In this document: in pieces, positions 1 to 8,047 of the stretch
Position numbering within the stretch: position 1 is the first letter of the stretch
How the letters are laid out: each line of letters starts with the position of its first letter
NCBI GenBank assembly: GCA_963707325.1
Contig: CAVPPV010000001.1
Coordinates: forward strand, 188,416-252,415
Direction of reading: 5' to 3'
Source: an uncultured Acidobacteriaceae bacterium
GTDB lineage: Bacteria; Acidobacteriota; Terriglobia; Terriglobales; Acidobacteriaceae
DNA: 64,000 bases
Program-made: the position numbers and the translations under genes
Notes under the pieces: generated by a model
Databases searched by the model: none
Told to the model about the DNA's origin: nothing
The model's input: the letters and a program-made list of their open reading frames with translations, nothing else

Positions 1-131
1 AAAACATTGTTGGCTAACATGTCCCAATAGAGGTATGCAATAGGTTATAATAGATATAGGGTAGAAATTAAGAATTTCGGGAACCTGTCCCGAAGAACCC
101 AACGTCGCGGCCTTTGAGGCCGCGTTTTTTA
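1..131 (+). promoter_or_regulatory. Conserved non-coding leader, copy 1, upstream of nuclease paralog; possible small RNA or attenuator
   Basis: 1-28 is identical to 3749-3776. TATAAT at 46-51; hairpin ttcggga/tcccgaa at 76-94; GC hairpin plus T6 at 106-131. The same blocks are conserved in copy 2 while the loops differ. Confidence 0.45.
106..131 (+). terminator. Intrinsic-terminator-like hairpin (cgcggcc-tttga-ggccgcg + TTTTTT)
   Basis: 7-bp GC stem followed by a T6 tract, about 25 nt before the ATG at 157. Confidence 0.6.
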
Positions 132-156
132 TTGGACAGCAGAATGAGGTCAAGCA

Positions 157-670
157 ATGAGGCGAAAGCCAGACCGGTTGGCGGGCGGCAAGTTAAAGGA
201 CCACAAAGCGCGTGGAGAGTGGGCAGAGCTCTACTTCATGATGCTGGCGGGCAGGGCAAGCAATGAAGGTCTCAAGACCGTTTGGCGTCACAAGATACGA
301 CGTCGGAGTCGACAACTCAACCCGGTCCCTGCGCGTGCAAGTGAAGTCCACAATTCACTGCCGCCCGGGTCACGGGTACAGCCTGAAGTTGGTTGGCTCA
401 AGACGCAAAAAATATGAGCCCGGCACCGTGGATTTTTTCGCCATCCTGCTAATCCCCATCGATGAGTGGTACATCATTCCCTTCGACCTGATCGGCGAAC
501 TGCACTGCAGTCTCCACTTTTCCCCGCGCAACCGAGGCCAGAAGTATGCCAACTATCGCGAGGCCTGGCATCTTCTGGAAGAAACGGGCCTGACCATTCA
601 AGCCTGTTGCGATGAGAACTGGCCGGAGGTCGCGGCAGGGACAGCGGATTCCTCCCTCCGGTCGGAATGA
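157..670 (+). pseudogene. PD-(D/E)xK-like nuclease paralog, copy 1, with apparent frameshift near 245-262
   Basis: ORF 157-417 gives RLAGGKL..GEWAELYFMM and ORF 263-670 gives MKVSRPFG..YDVGV..VQVKST..VDFFAILLIPIDEWYIIPF. Both align to the single ORF 3901-4431. One extra nt lies between MM and MKVS. Confidence 0.6.
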
Positions 671-989
671 CAATGTTTCTTAGTTACTAAAAGTGGGGTG
701 CCCCATGTCTCGCGTTCTTTGCCGGGTGCCCCATGTTTCGCGTTCTTTGCGAAACATGGGATTCGACGGCGCTATCCATCCTGGGTTTAGAATCCGGCGC
801 CTGATAAGATCGTAGCCGGGTGCCCCATCTTTCGCGCACTTTGCGAAAGGTGGGATTCCACGGCCCCGTCCGTCTTTGGGTTTGGGTTCAGCCATCCCTG
901 CGGGACGGGGCTCGATTTTATTGGCATGACCCGGCGTTGAAACGCCGGGCTATTGTCGGGTCGTCCCTGCAGGACTCGGCTGCATTCTC

Positions 990-1655
990 CGCGGGCAGAC
1001 CTGGGGCGCCCGTGCGAAAGACCTCCACGGGGGCTGAAGCCCGATTCCTTCTAGGACGCTTGACGCGGCGCTGAAGCGCCGCTCTTCCACGGTGCTGCAT
1101 GTGTCGGTGGTGGTCGGTCTCAGTTGCATTCCCCTGGGGCTTGCGGCACTCTTCGGCGCGCGTCGCTTGCTCAGGGCAGACTCTGGGGCACCCGCGCGAA
1201 AGACTTCCACGGGGGCTGAAGCCCGATTCCTCCTAAAACGCTTGACGCGGCGCTGAAGCGCCGCTCTTCCACGGTGCTGCATGTGTCGGTGGTGGTCGGT
1301 CTCAGTTGCATTCCCCTGGGGCTTGCGGCACTCTTCGGCGCGCGTCGCTTGCTCAGGGCAGACTCTGGGGCACCCGCGCGAAAGACTTCCACGGGGGCTG
1401 AAGCCCGATTCCTCCTAAAACGCTGGACGCGGCGCTGAAGCGCCGCTCTTCCACGGTGCTGCATGTGTCGGTGGTGGTCGGTCTCAGTTGCATTCCCCTG
1501 GGGCTTGCGGCACTCTTCGGCGCGCGTCGCTTGCTCAGGGCAGACTCTGGGGCACCGCGCGAAAGACTTCCTTGGGGGCTGAAGCCCGATTCCTCCTAAA
1601 GCGCATGACGCGGCGCTGAAGCGCCGCTCTTCCACGGTACTGCATGGGTCCATAG
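990..1655. repeat. Tandem array, about 3.6 copies of a 182-bp unit, each containing a REP doublet
   Basis: The string gctcttccacggtgctgcatgtgtcgg recurs at 1081, 1263, 1445 and, degenerate, at 1626. Each unit contains gggggctgaagccc and gcggcgctgaagcgccgc hairpins. Confidence 0.9.
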
Positions 1656-1963
1656 GTCGTTGGTCTCAGCGCCGAAAGCGCAGCTCTTGCACGGCGCCGC
1701 ATGTGTCTGTCTGCCGCATTGGCGCTCGGGATGGTAGCACCTTTTCTCTGCGCTGAGATCACGGCGATATTTTTCGATCCGGACGCTGGCGCGACCGTGG
1801 AAGAGCGGCCCTTCAAGGGCCGCGTCAGGTCGCGCAAAAACTTGCGGGCTTTAGCCCCTGTGGTCGTCTTCTGCGTCCTCTCTTCCCGATTTGGAAGCAA
1901 CTTCTTCTGGTGTGTGACAGATATCACACTCGATTTTATCTTCGCGATTCTACGATCCGGAGC

Positions 1964-2428
1964 ATGGACTCGCAACGTACGTTTTTCATCACGACAATTG
2001 CATGGCAACGCCTGCCGATCTTTCGCATCGAGGCTCGGGCGCGCCTCTTGATCGAAGTGCTGCTCGATTATCGTGACCAAGGAAGATACTTGCTGCATGA
2101 GTTTGTTGTCATGCCAGACCATATTCACGTGCTGCTCACGCCTGCGCTAGAAATCGCGCTGGAGCGAGCCATGCAGTTCATCAAAGGTGGATATTCGTAT
2201 CGCCTTGGGAAGACAGAGAAGGTTAAGGTTTGGCAGCAGAGTTTTACAAATCATCGGATTCGAGACGCGGAGGATTACGCGAGGCATTGCGAGTACGTGC
2301 GGTTGAATCCGGTTCGCGCGCGGTTAGTGAGGGCAGCGCCGGAGTATCCGTACTCGTCGGCAAGTCCAGGGCTACGGTTGGACGAGATGCCACAGGGGCT
2401 GAAGCCCGTTTTCCCCAGGAGCGCGTGA
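1964..2428 (+). CDS. REP-associated tyrosine transposase (RAYT; IS200/IS605-like Y1 HUH family)
   Basis: HUH motif in VVMPDHIHVLL. C-terminal Y..NP motif in CEYVRLNPVRARLV. The gene lies between the REP array and a REP doublet at 2395-2457. Confidence 0.85.
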   Translation: MDSQRTFFITTIAWQRLPIFRIEARARLLIEVLLDYRDQGRYLLHEFVVMPDHIHVLLTPALEIALERAMQFIKGGYSYRLGKTEKVKVWQQSFTNHRIRDAEDYARHCEYVRLNPVRARLVRAAPEYPYSSASPGLRLDEMPQGLKPVFPRSA

Positions 2429-2457
2429 CGCGGCGCTGAAGCGCCGCTCTTCCACGG
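2395..2457 (+). repeat. REP family A doublet (gggctgaagccc + gcggcgctgaagcgccgc hairpins)
   Basis: Same doublet as at 1029, 1209, 1389, 1569, 9695, 16348, 22740 and 35459. It overlaps the RAYT 3' end. Confidence 0.85.
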
Positions 2458-2785
2458 TGCTGCATGTGTCGGTCTTCCGCGTCAGCCCATGGGCCCCCGT
2501 CCTGGCATGCCTCTCTTTCACGTCATTGCATGGGCCGATTGGGGCCGCATTGGTCGCGTTACGGTCGCTGTTTTGGGTGTTGCCTGGATTGCGTAGCTCC
2601 GATCCACTGCGCGCGCAACCGTGGAAGGACCGCCGGGTGCCCCACCTTTCGCGTTCTCTGCGAAAGAGCCTGCCCTGAGCCTGCCGAAGGGTGGGAATCC
2701 ACGGACCCGTCCCTCTAGATATTTTGGGGAGCGGCACGACAACATTGGATGTCGGAACTGTCGATCAGAGGCTTATAATAACCAC

Positions 2786-3034
2786 ATGCGGCAACCGATC
2801 AGAGTCGACAACAGCCGGCCGGCAACGCCTTTCGATACGGCGCGGATTTTGGGCGTCTCGAAGAAGCGTACCGAGGCGATCATCCGGGCAGTGCGGCGGA
2901 TGATCCACAGAGATGCCGAGACTGGGAAAATCGTGATCCGGACTCGATGGGGAAAGACGGCTGGAAATCATAGCTCCCCCAATGGCACGAAAACCAGGAA
3001 AACAACTTCAGCGCGCCGCAAAACCTCGCGTTAG
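2786..3034 (+). CDS. Small hypothetical protein, possible HTH
   Basis: 82-aa ORF containing TARILGVSKKRTEAIIRAV. TATAAT at 2773-2778 sits 7 nt before the ATG, so the mRNA may be leaderless. Overlaps the next ORF by 53 nt. Confidence 0.3.
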   Translation: MRQPIRVDNSRPATPFDTARILGVSKKRTEAIIRAVRRMIHRDAETGKIVIRTRWGKTAGNHSSPNGTKTRKTTSARRKTSR

Positions 3035-3623
3035 GGAATCTGTCTTTCTCAACATCCCTTACGATGCGAGCTTTGAGAACCTTCTCCTCGCCTACATCGC
3101 CGGCGTCAGCGCTTTCGGCTTCACTCCGCGCGCCACTTTAGAAATTCCTTTCGGGCAGCGCCGTCTCGACCGCATCCTCTCGCTCATCCGCGAATCCCGA
3201 TACTCTATTCACGATCTTTCGCGGGTACAACTCGATCCAAACGCTCCGCGCACTCCGCGCTTCAACATGCCATTCGAACTTGGACTCACCGTTGCGCTGG
3301 AGAGGGCGGCCCATCCCGATCACTCCTGGATTGTGTGTGAGACGGTGCCGCATCGAATCAAGAAATCATTGAGCGATCTCGACGGCACTGACGCCTACAT
3401 CCACAGCGGAACCGTTGCCGGAGTATTCCGCGAAATCGGTAACGCGTTCGTGGGAAGCCGCCGCCAGCCAACCGTTACGGAGATGTCGCAAATCTACCGT
3501 TTGCTCAGGGCGCAACTCCGCAACATTCTCAAGAAAGCGGGAGCCCGTGATGCATTCAACGCCAGAGTGTTTAAAGAACTCTGTGTGCTGGCCAGCACCG
3601 CTGCGGATGAGCTGGCAGCGTAA
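2982..3623 (+). CDS. Hypothetical protein, possibly TIR-like / nucleoside 2-deoxyribosyltransferase-like fold
   Basis: VFLNIPYD beta-strand start, SIHDLS, and an acidic motif NMPFELGL that resembles the TIR-like/DUF1863 layout. Judged by eye only. Confidence 0.5.
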   Translation: MARKPGKQLQRAAKPRVRESVFLNIPYDASFENLLLAYIAGVSAFGFTPRATLEIPFGQRRLDRILSLIRESRYSIHDLSRVQLDPNAPRTPRFNMPFELGLTVALERAAHPDHSWIVCETVPHRIKKSLSDLDGTDAYIHSGTVAGVFREIGNAFVGSRRQPTVTEMSQIYRLLRAQLRNILKKAGARDAFNARVFKELCVLASTAADELAA

Positions 3624-3748
3624 GTGTTACCCAGGCCGTCTCAAAAACTCCGGGGGATCACCTTCCAGCGATGCCAAACTTGCTGAAAAATCCTGTCAAG
3701 GGGGTGACACGATACAAATCCGGGATATCGCCATGAAAGCAAAGGGAA

Positions 3749-3887
3749 AACATTGTTGGCTAACATGTCCCAATCATGGTATGCGAGGGGCTATAATTAA
3801 ATTATAGAGTAGAAAATTAAGAATTTCGGGAGGCTGTCCCGAAGAACTTTCACATCGCGGCTTTTCTGGCCGCGATTTCTATTTTTT
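3749..3887 (+). promoter_or_regulatory. Conserved non-coding leader, copy 2
   Basis: Same 28-nt box, TATAAT, hairpin at 3825-3843 and terminator-like hairpin at 3856-3874 plus a T tract. Confidence 0.45.
3856..3887 (+). terminator. Intrinsic-terminator-like hairpin before nuclease copy 2
   Basis: cgcggct-tttct-ggccgcg followed by atttctatttttt. Confidence 0.55.
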
Positions 3888-3900
3888 GGGAGGAAGAGTG

Positions 3901-4431
3901 ATGTGGAGGGCGGCGGATCGGCTGGCGGGTGGGAAGTTGCCGGGGTGCAAGGAGCGCGGGGAGTGGGCGGAACTTTATTTCATGATGCAGGCGGCGGGAC
4001 GGGGGATGAAGGTGTCGAAGCCGTTTGGGGAGGCGGGGAGATATGACGTGGGGGTAGAGGGGCGCTGCGTGGACAATCAGGGGAAGGTGCTGCGGGTGCA
4101 GGTGAAGTCCACGATTTACAGGCGGCGCGGGGATTGTTACAGCTTGAATGTGATGGGGCCGCAGCGGAAGAAGTATGTGCCGGGGACGGTGGATTTTTTT
4201 GCGGTGTTGCTGATCCCGGTCGATGAGTGGTACATCATTCCGTTCGAGGTGATGGGGAGGAAGAACTTGAGTCTGCACTTCACGCCGAAGAGCAAGCGGC
4301 AGAAGTATGGCGAGTACCGGGAGGCTTGGGATTTGTTGAAGCAGACGGGGTTGACGATTCAGGCGTGTTGCGATGAGGCGTGGCCGGAGGTGGGGACAGA
4401 AACCCAAGATTCCTCGCTCCGCTCGGAATGA
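3901..4431 (+). CDS. PD-(D/E)xK-like nuclease (PDDEXK_5/Hjc-like), intact copy
   Basis: GEWAELYF..RYDVGVE..LRVQVKST fits a D...(E/Q)xK core. GGAGG lies 7 nt before the ATG at 3901. The C-terminal SSLRSE comes from a REP. Confidence 0.65.
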   Translation: MWRAADRLAGGKLPGCKERGEWAELYFMMQAAGRGMKVSKPFGEAGRYDVGVEGRCVDNQGKVLRVQVKSTIYRRRGDCYSLNVMGPQRKKYVPGTVDFFAVLLIPVDEWYIIPFEVMGRKNLSLHFTPKSKRQKYGEYREAWDLLKQTGLTIQACCDEAWPEVGTETQDSSLRSE

Positions 4432-4559
4432 CAAAATTCCAGCAATGCCGCGGTATTGTCGCTCGGGAAAGAACGAAACGTCCGAGAAGTCCCACCCTTC
4501 GCAAAAAACGCGAAGGATGGGGCACCCAGATTTCTGTTTGATTCACTCTTCCTCAGAAC

Positions 4560-4991
4560 CTAGCGATGAACTGGCAGGTTGGAACTCCAGCAATCGGCGA
4601 CGATGAGCCAGGCGCCGAGGCGGCGCCAGGCTTTCACGTACTTGCCGCGATCGGCCTGGATGGTGCCGTCGGGCTGGCGAATGGCGACGGTGTAGCGGCC
4701 GATCTCCATGGCCATGTCGCCGGAGGTTTCGACGCGGATGGTTTCCAGGCGCAGGTCCTCGTATCCGGCCTCGCCGAACTGGCGGAGCAGGCGCTCGACC
4801 GCCTTGGGACCATAGGCGGGATCGTGATGCGGGGCCATGAAGGCGCCGTCCTGCGCGAAGAGCGCGGCCGCCTGATCGTAGTTGCCGGTGTTGAAGTTGG
4901 TGACGAAATCCTGAGCTAGGTTTCGGAGCAGCGACTGCACGTCCAGGAACGGACGAGAGTCCGCCGTGGAACTCGAATAGGGCCGAAACAT
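4560..4991 (-). CDS. SnoaL-like / NTF2-fold (DUF4440-like) protein
   Basis: 143 aa with an NTF2-like pattern: FVTNFNTGNYD..ALFAQDGAFM..YVKAWRRLGAWLIVADCW. Confidence 0.7.
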   Translation of the reverse strand: MFRPYSSSTADSRPFLDVQSLLRNLAQDFVTNFNTGNYDQAAALFAQDGAFMAPHHDPAYGPKAVERLLRQFGEAGYEDLRLETIRVETSGDMAMEIGRYTVAIRQPDGTIQADRGKYVKAWRRLGAWLIVADCWSSNLPVHR

Positions 4992-5377
4992 CTACTACCT
5001 CCTGGGGGAAGGCCAAGAGCGACGTCCACGGCCAGATGGACGTCGCTCTCAATGCACAGGCATTCTAGCGCAAAAATGGCTGTGGAAGTATGAAAGATTT
5101 TTGAATGGTCAAAGGAAAAAATTTGAGGGGGTGTCGGGCCCGACGAGGCCGCCAAACTCATGTAGGGACAGCCGCCCCGGCTGTCCGGCGGCCCGGAAGT
5201 GTCGGGCCGCAGCCTTGCCACGAAGACGCGGAATCTGCAGGACATCGTGCCGCGAAGCCGCCGCGAAACGCAGCCCACCTCCCACCCTGAGCTTGTCGAA
5301 GGGGCGACAGAGAATCTACGACACAGACTCCCTACGGACGGCACCACTCCCGCAGACTATTGCGCCGGGGAAGTCAG

Positions 5378-5611
5378 ATGTTCGATGAAGACAGTTTTCC
5401 ACTTGTGCGCAAGGTCTTGCGGCGGTATCTTGCGCGAATGAGCGAGCACGAACCGTCGGGGGAAGGAAATCGAACCGAAGTGAAACAGGTGGAAGTGGAG
5501 GGCCATCCCGAGCGCTTTTGTCCAAACTGTTCGGCGGAATTGAAAGAGAGCCGGTGCAAGCTAAGCTGTCCGCGCTGCGGGTTTTACCTGAGTTGCTCGG
5601 ATTTTTATTGA
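5378..5611 (+). CDS. Small zinc-ribbon protein (hypothetical)
   Basis: CPNC..x13..CPRC pair near the C-terminus. The start is uncertain (TTG 5360 or ATG 5378). Confidence 0.4.
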   Translation: MFDEDSFPLVRKVLRRYLARMSEHEPSGEGNRTEVKQVEVEGHPERFCPNCSAELKESRCKLSCPRCGFYLSCSDFY

Positions 5612-5870
5612 ATGGGAAGTTGCTCAGTAGTGGTCCAGTCTGCTTCCCGATGACATCTCTTGCGTTCAAGGGGCGTCATCCCGAAGCCCCGCGTTTTCAC
5701 CAGCGGGGCGAGAGCCTGCCCTGAGCGAAGCCGAAGGGGATCTCCCGTGCCCACACAGTCGCCCCGGGTCGAACTCCACTAACCCGGTCTCCATCCAACT
5801 GACACGCCGCGCAGTCTCCGTCTACAATGTTCAGGGATTTTAATTTCTTGATCATGATGAGGAGAATGCG

Positions 5871-6293
5871 ATGGAACGCAAGGCAAGCGCAGTGTGGAAG
5901 GGCGGGCTGAAGGAAGGCAAAGGAACGATTTCGGCGCCGGGCGGGGTACTGAAAGATACACAATATTCGTTCACGTCGCGGTTTGAGAATGGCCCGGGGA
6001 CGAATCCGGAGGAGTTGATCGCGGCGGCGCACGCGGCGTGCTTTTCGATGGCGCTGTCGGCGCAACTCGGCGGAGCGAATCTGACGCCGGAGAGCATCAG
6101 CACAAACGTTACGCTGACGATGGACAAGCTGGATTCCGGCTGGACCATTACATCGAGCCACATCGATGTAGTGGGCAAGGTCCCCGGAGCAGACGCGGCG
6201 GCATTTCAAAAGTACGCCGAGGCCGCCGAGAAGGGATGTCCCGTATCGAAGGTGCTGAACGCAAAGATTTCCATGACCGCGAAGCTGGGGTAG
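5871..6293 (+). CDS. osmC: OsmC family peroxiredoxin
   Basis: WKGGLKEGKGTIS..NPEELIAAAHAACFSMAL..GCPVSKVL is the typical OsmC signature. Confidence 0.92.
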   Translation: MERKASAVWKGGLKEGKGTISAPGGVLKDTQYSFTSRFENGPGTNPEELIAAAHAACFSMALSAQLGGANLTPESISTNVTLTMDKLDSGWTITSSHIDVVGKVPGADAAAFQKYAEAAEKGCPVSKVLNAKISMTAKLG

Positions 6294-6406
6294 ACGGCTT
6301 CCGGCATTGCGTCAGTGGTTTGACACTCTGAGGCAGGACTGTAAAATAGAAATGTTGGTCTTCCTGACGGCGGCCTCGCGGCCGCCGCTGCATTGCAATT
6401 CAGATT

Positions 6407-6493
6407 GCCATCGTGGCGGAATTGGCAGACGCGCATGGTTCAGGTCCATGTACCGGCAACGGTGTGGGGGTTCGAGTCCCTTCGATGGCACCA
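6407..6493 (+). tRNA. tRNA-Leu (anticodon CAG), CCA encoded
   Basis: Acceptor stem gccatcg/cgatggc. Anticodon stem catgg/ccatg with loop ttCAGgt. Long variable arm; T-loop gttcgagtc; 3' acca. Confidence 0.9.
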
Positions 6494-6873
6494 AAGATTC
6501 CCGGAATGGCGAGGTCCGTCGCTGTGCTCGGGATTCCCGCGCAGCGGCAAGTCAATTCCCGGTGAGCGAGGTTTTCTTCGGCAACATGCCCGTCCAAGGC
6601 GTTTTTCATTTTCGACAGTCATGGGGTGGTTCTCGCCAATCGTCTTACAGGAGATAGCATAGGCCCGGCCCATCAATAGGCGGGCACCGGCTACGTCGCT
6701 CTTAGGGCGCAGCAGTATGCTCTTCTACACAGGGCGCTATGCCGGACGCGCCGCTGCGCTCCGCTGGACAGCCGAGGCGGCTGTCCCGACATGAGCATCG
6801 TGACGGGTGAGCTGGCTGTCGCCACACGAGCATTCCCACATTTGCATTCTGGTGGTGAAGTAAACTCTTAACC

Positions 6874-7797
6874 ATGAAAAATCTGCTGCGATTGATTTGG
6901 CGGAGTGCCGGTGTGGGTGTGTTTACTGTGGGGCTTGCGGCGAACTGTGCAGGGCAGAAGCTGGCCATTACGTTTGACGATTTGCCGGCGAATGGGGCGC
7001 TGCCTCCGGGAGTGACGATGACGGAGACTGCGAAAAACGTTGTGGCGATTTTGAAGAAGCGGCCTGTGCCTCCGGTGTATGGGTTCATTAATGCGAAGAA
7101 GCTGGAGGGGAGTCCGGATGGAGCGGAGGCGTTGAAGGTGTGGGCGGCGGCGGAGCTGGTGGGAAATCATACCTACACGCATATGGACCTGGAGAAAAAC
7201 ACGGCCGAGGCTTACGAGCGCGAAATCGAGGAAAACGAACCGGCGCTGGAGTTGCTGGACGCGAAAGGGAACTGGCACTGGTTTCGGTATCCGTATTTGC
7301 ATGAGGGAGACACGGTGGAGAAGCGGCGGGCGGTGCGGGCTTATTTGAAGGCGCACGGCTACCGGATCGCGCAGGTGACGCTGGATTGGGAAGACTACTT
7401 GTGGAATTTTGCGTATGCGCGCTGCGTGGCCAAGGGCGATACGCAGTCGCTGGCATGGCTGCGGTCGAGCTATTTGGAGACGGCTTCGGAGTTTCTTGAT
7501 CTGGGGCGGGAGCAGGCGAAGCTGATTTACGGGCACGAGATCAACTACGTTTTGCTGATGCACCTGGGAGCGTTCAGCAGCACGATCCTGCCGGATGCGC
7601 TGCACCTGCTGAAGAAGAAGGGATTCAAGCTGGTGACGCTGGAAGAAGCCGAGAGCGACGCGGCGTATGAGGGCGATCCGGATGTGGGGTTGCACGATGC
7701 GGGCACGATGCTGGACCAGTGGATGCAGGTGAAGGGGATCAAGGAGCCGGCGCATAAGGAGAAGCCTTACAAGGAGATTGAGAGTGTGTGCCAGTGA
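6874..7797 (+). CDS. Polysaccharide deacetylase (NodB homology) family protein, secreted
   Basis: Signal peptide, TFDD motif, HTYTH motif. Confidence 0.85.
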   Translation: MKNLLRLIWRSAGVGVFTVGLAANCAGQKLAITFDDLPANGALPPGVTMTETAKNVVAILKKRPVPPVYGFINAKKLEGSPDGAEALKVWAAAELVGNHTYTHMDLEKNTAEAYEREIEENEPALELLDAKGNWHWFRYPYLHEGDTVEKRRAVRAYLKAHGYRIAQVTLDWEDYLWNFAYARCVAKGDTQSLAWLRSSYLETASEFLDLGREQAKLIYGHEINYVLLMHLGAFSSTILPDALHLLKKKGFKLVTLEEAESDAAYEGDPDVGLHDAGTMLDQWMQVKGIKEPAHKEKPYKEIESVCQ

Positions 7798-7886
7798 GAG
7801 GATTCTTCTCACCACGGAGGCACATGAGGGCGGTGGTTGTCGGTGAGCGAATTCCCGACAAAGGTCCCGGTTGTGATGAGTTGAAA

Positions 7887-7948
7887 GGGATCCTTCGACT
7901 GCGGTTGAGCTTCGCGTTCGCGAAGCACAATCCTCGCTCAGGATGACA
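7887..7948 (+). repeat. REP family B element (gggatccttcgactgcgg..gcttcgc/gcgaagc hairpin..gctcaggatgaca)
   Basis: Near-identical copies at 8970-9031, 15587-15648, 16883-16940 and 21328-21389. Variants near 26190 and 28440. Confidence 0.85.
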
Positions 7949-7989
7949 TTGTAACGATGACATTGTAATAAGGGCGGATGACATTGTAA
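7942..7989 (+). repeat. Three direct copies of GATGACATTGTAA upstream of trpC (possible promoter or operator)
   Basis: Copies start at 7942, 7956 and 7977. TTGTAA-N18-TAATAA lies 50-60 nt before the trpC ATG. Confidence 0.4.
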
Positions 7990-8047
7990 TAAGGTGGTCT
8001 GCTACGATTCGCGAATCATTCCTTCCCGTATAATTCAGGCACAGTTT

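Noticed and set aside
990-1655. Possible CRISPR array
   Set aside because: The unit is about 182 bp and nearly identical throughout, with no unique spacers. There are no cas genes. It is a higher-order REP tandem repeat.
950-2128. ORFs 950-1282, 1171-1653 and 1535-2128 (minus strand) and 820-1074 (plus strand) across the 182-bp array
   Set aside because: They are translations of the tandem REP units (repeating MQHRGRAALQRRV.. peptides). They have no independent coding signal, and the periodicity follows the DNA repeat.
6400-6676. ORFs overlapping or adjacent to tRNA-Leu (6312-6494, 6400-6609, 6440-6676), and a possible integration site at the tRNA 3' end
   Set aside because: The ORFs overlap the tRNA and lack RBS or coding features. 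I saw no integrase or direct repeat of the tRNA 3' end downstream.
6868-7815. Long antisense or overlapping ORFs such as 6868-7815(-), 3850-4434(-), 9921-10631(-), 13719-14582(-), 20199-21104(-), 29423-30595(-), 44043-45077(+), 45087-46178(+) and 50089-51069(-)
   Set aside because: These are shadow ORFs opposite genes with clear homology. Their Arg/Pro/His-rich low-complexity composition is typical of non-coding frames in high-GC DNA.
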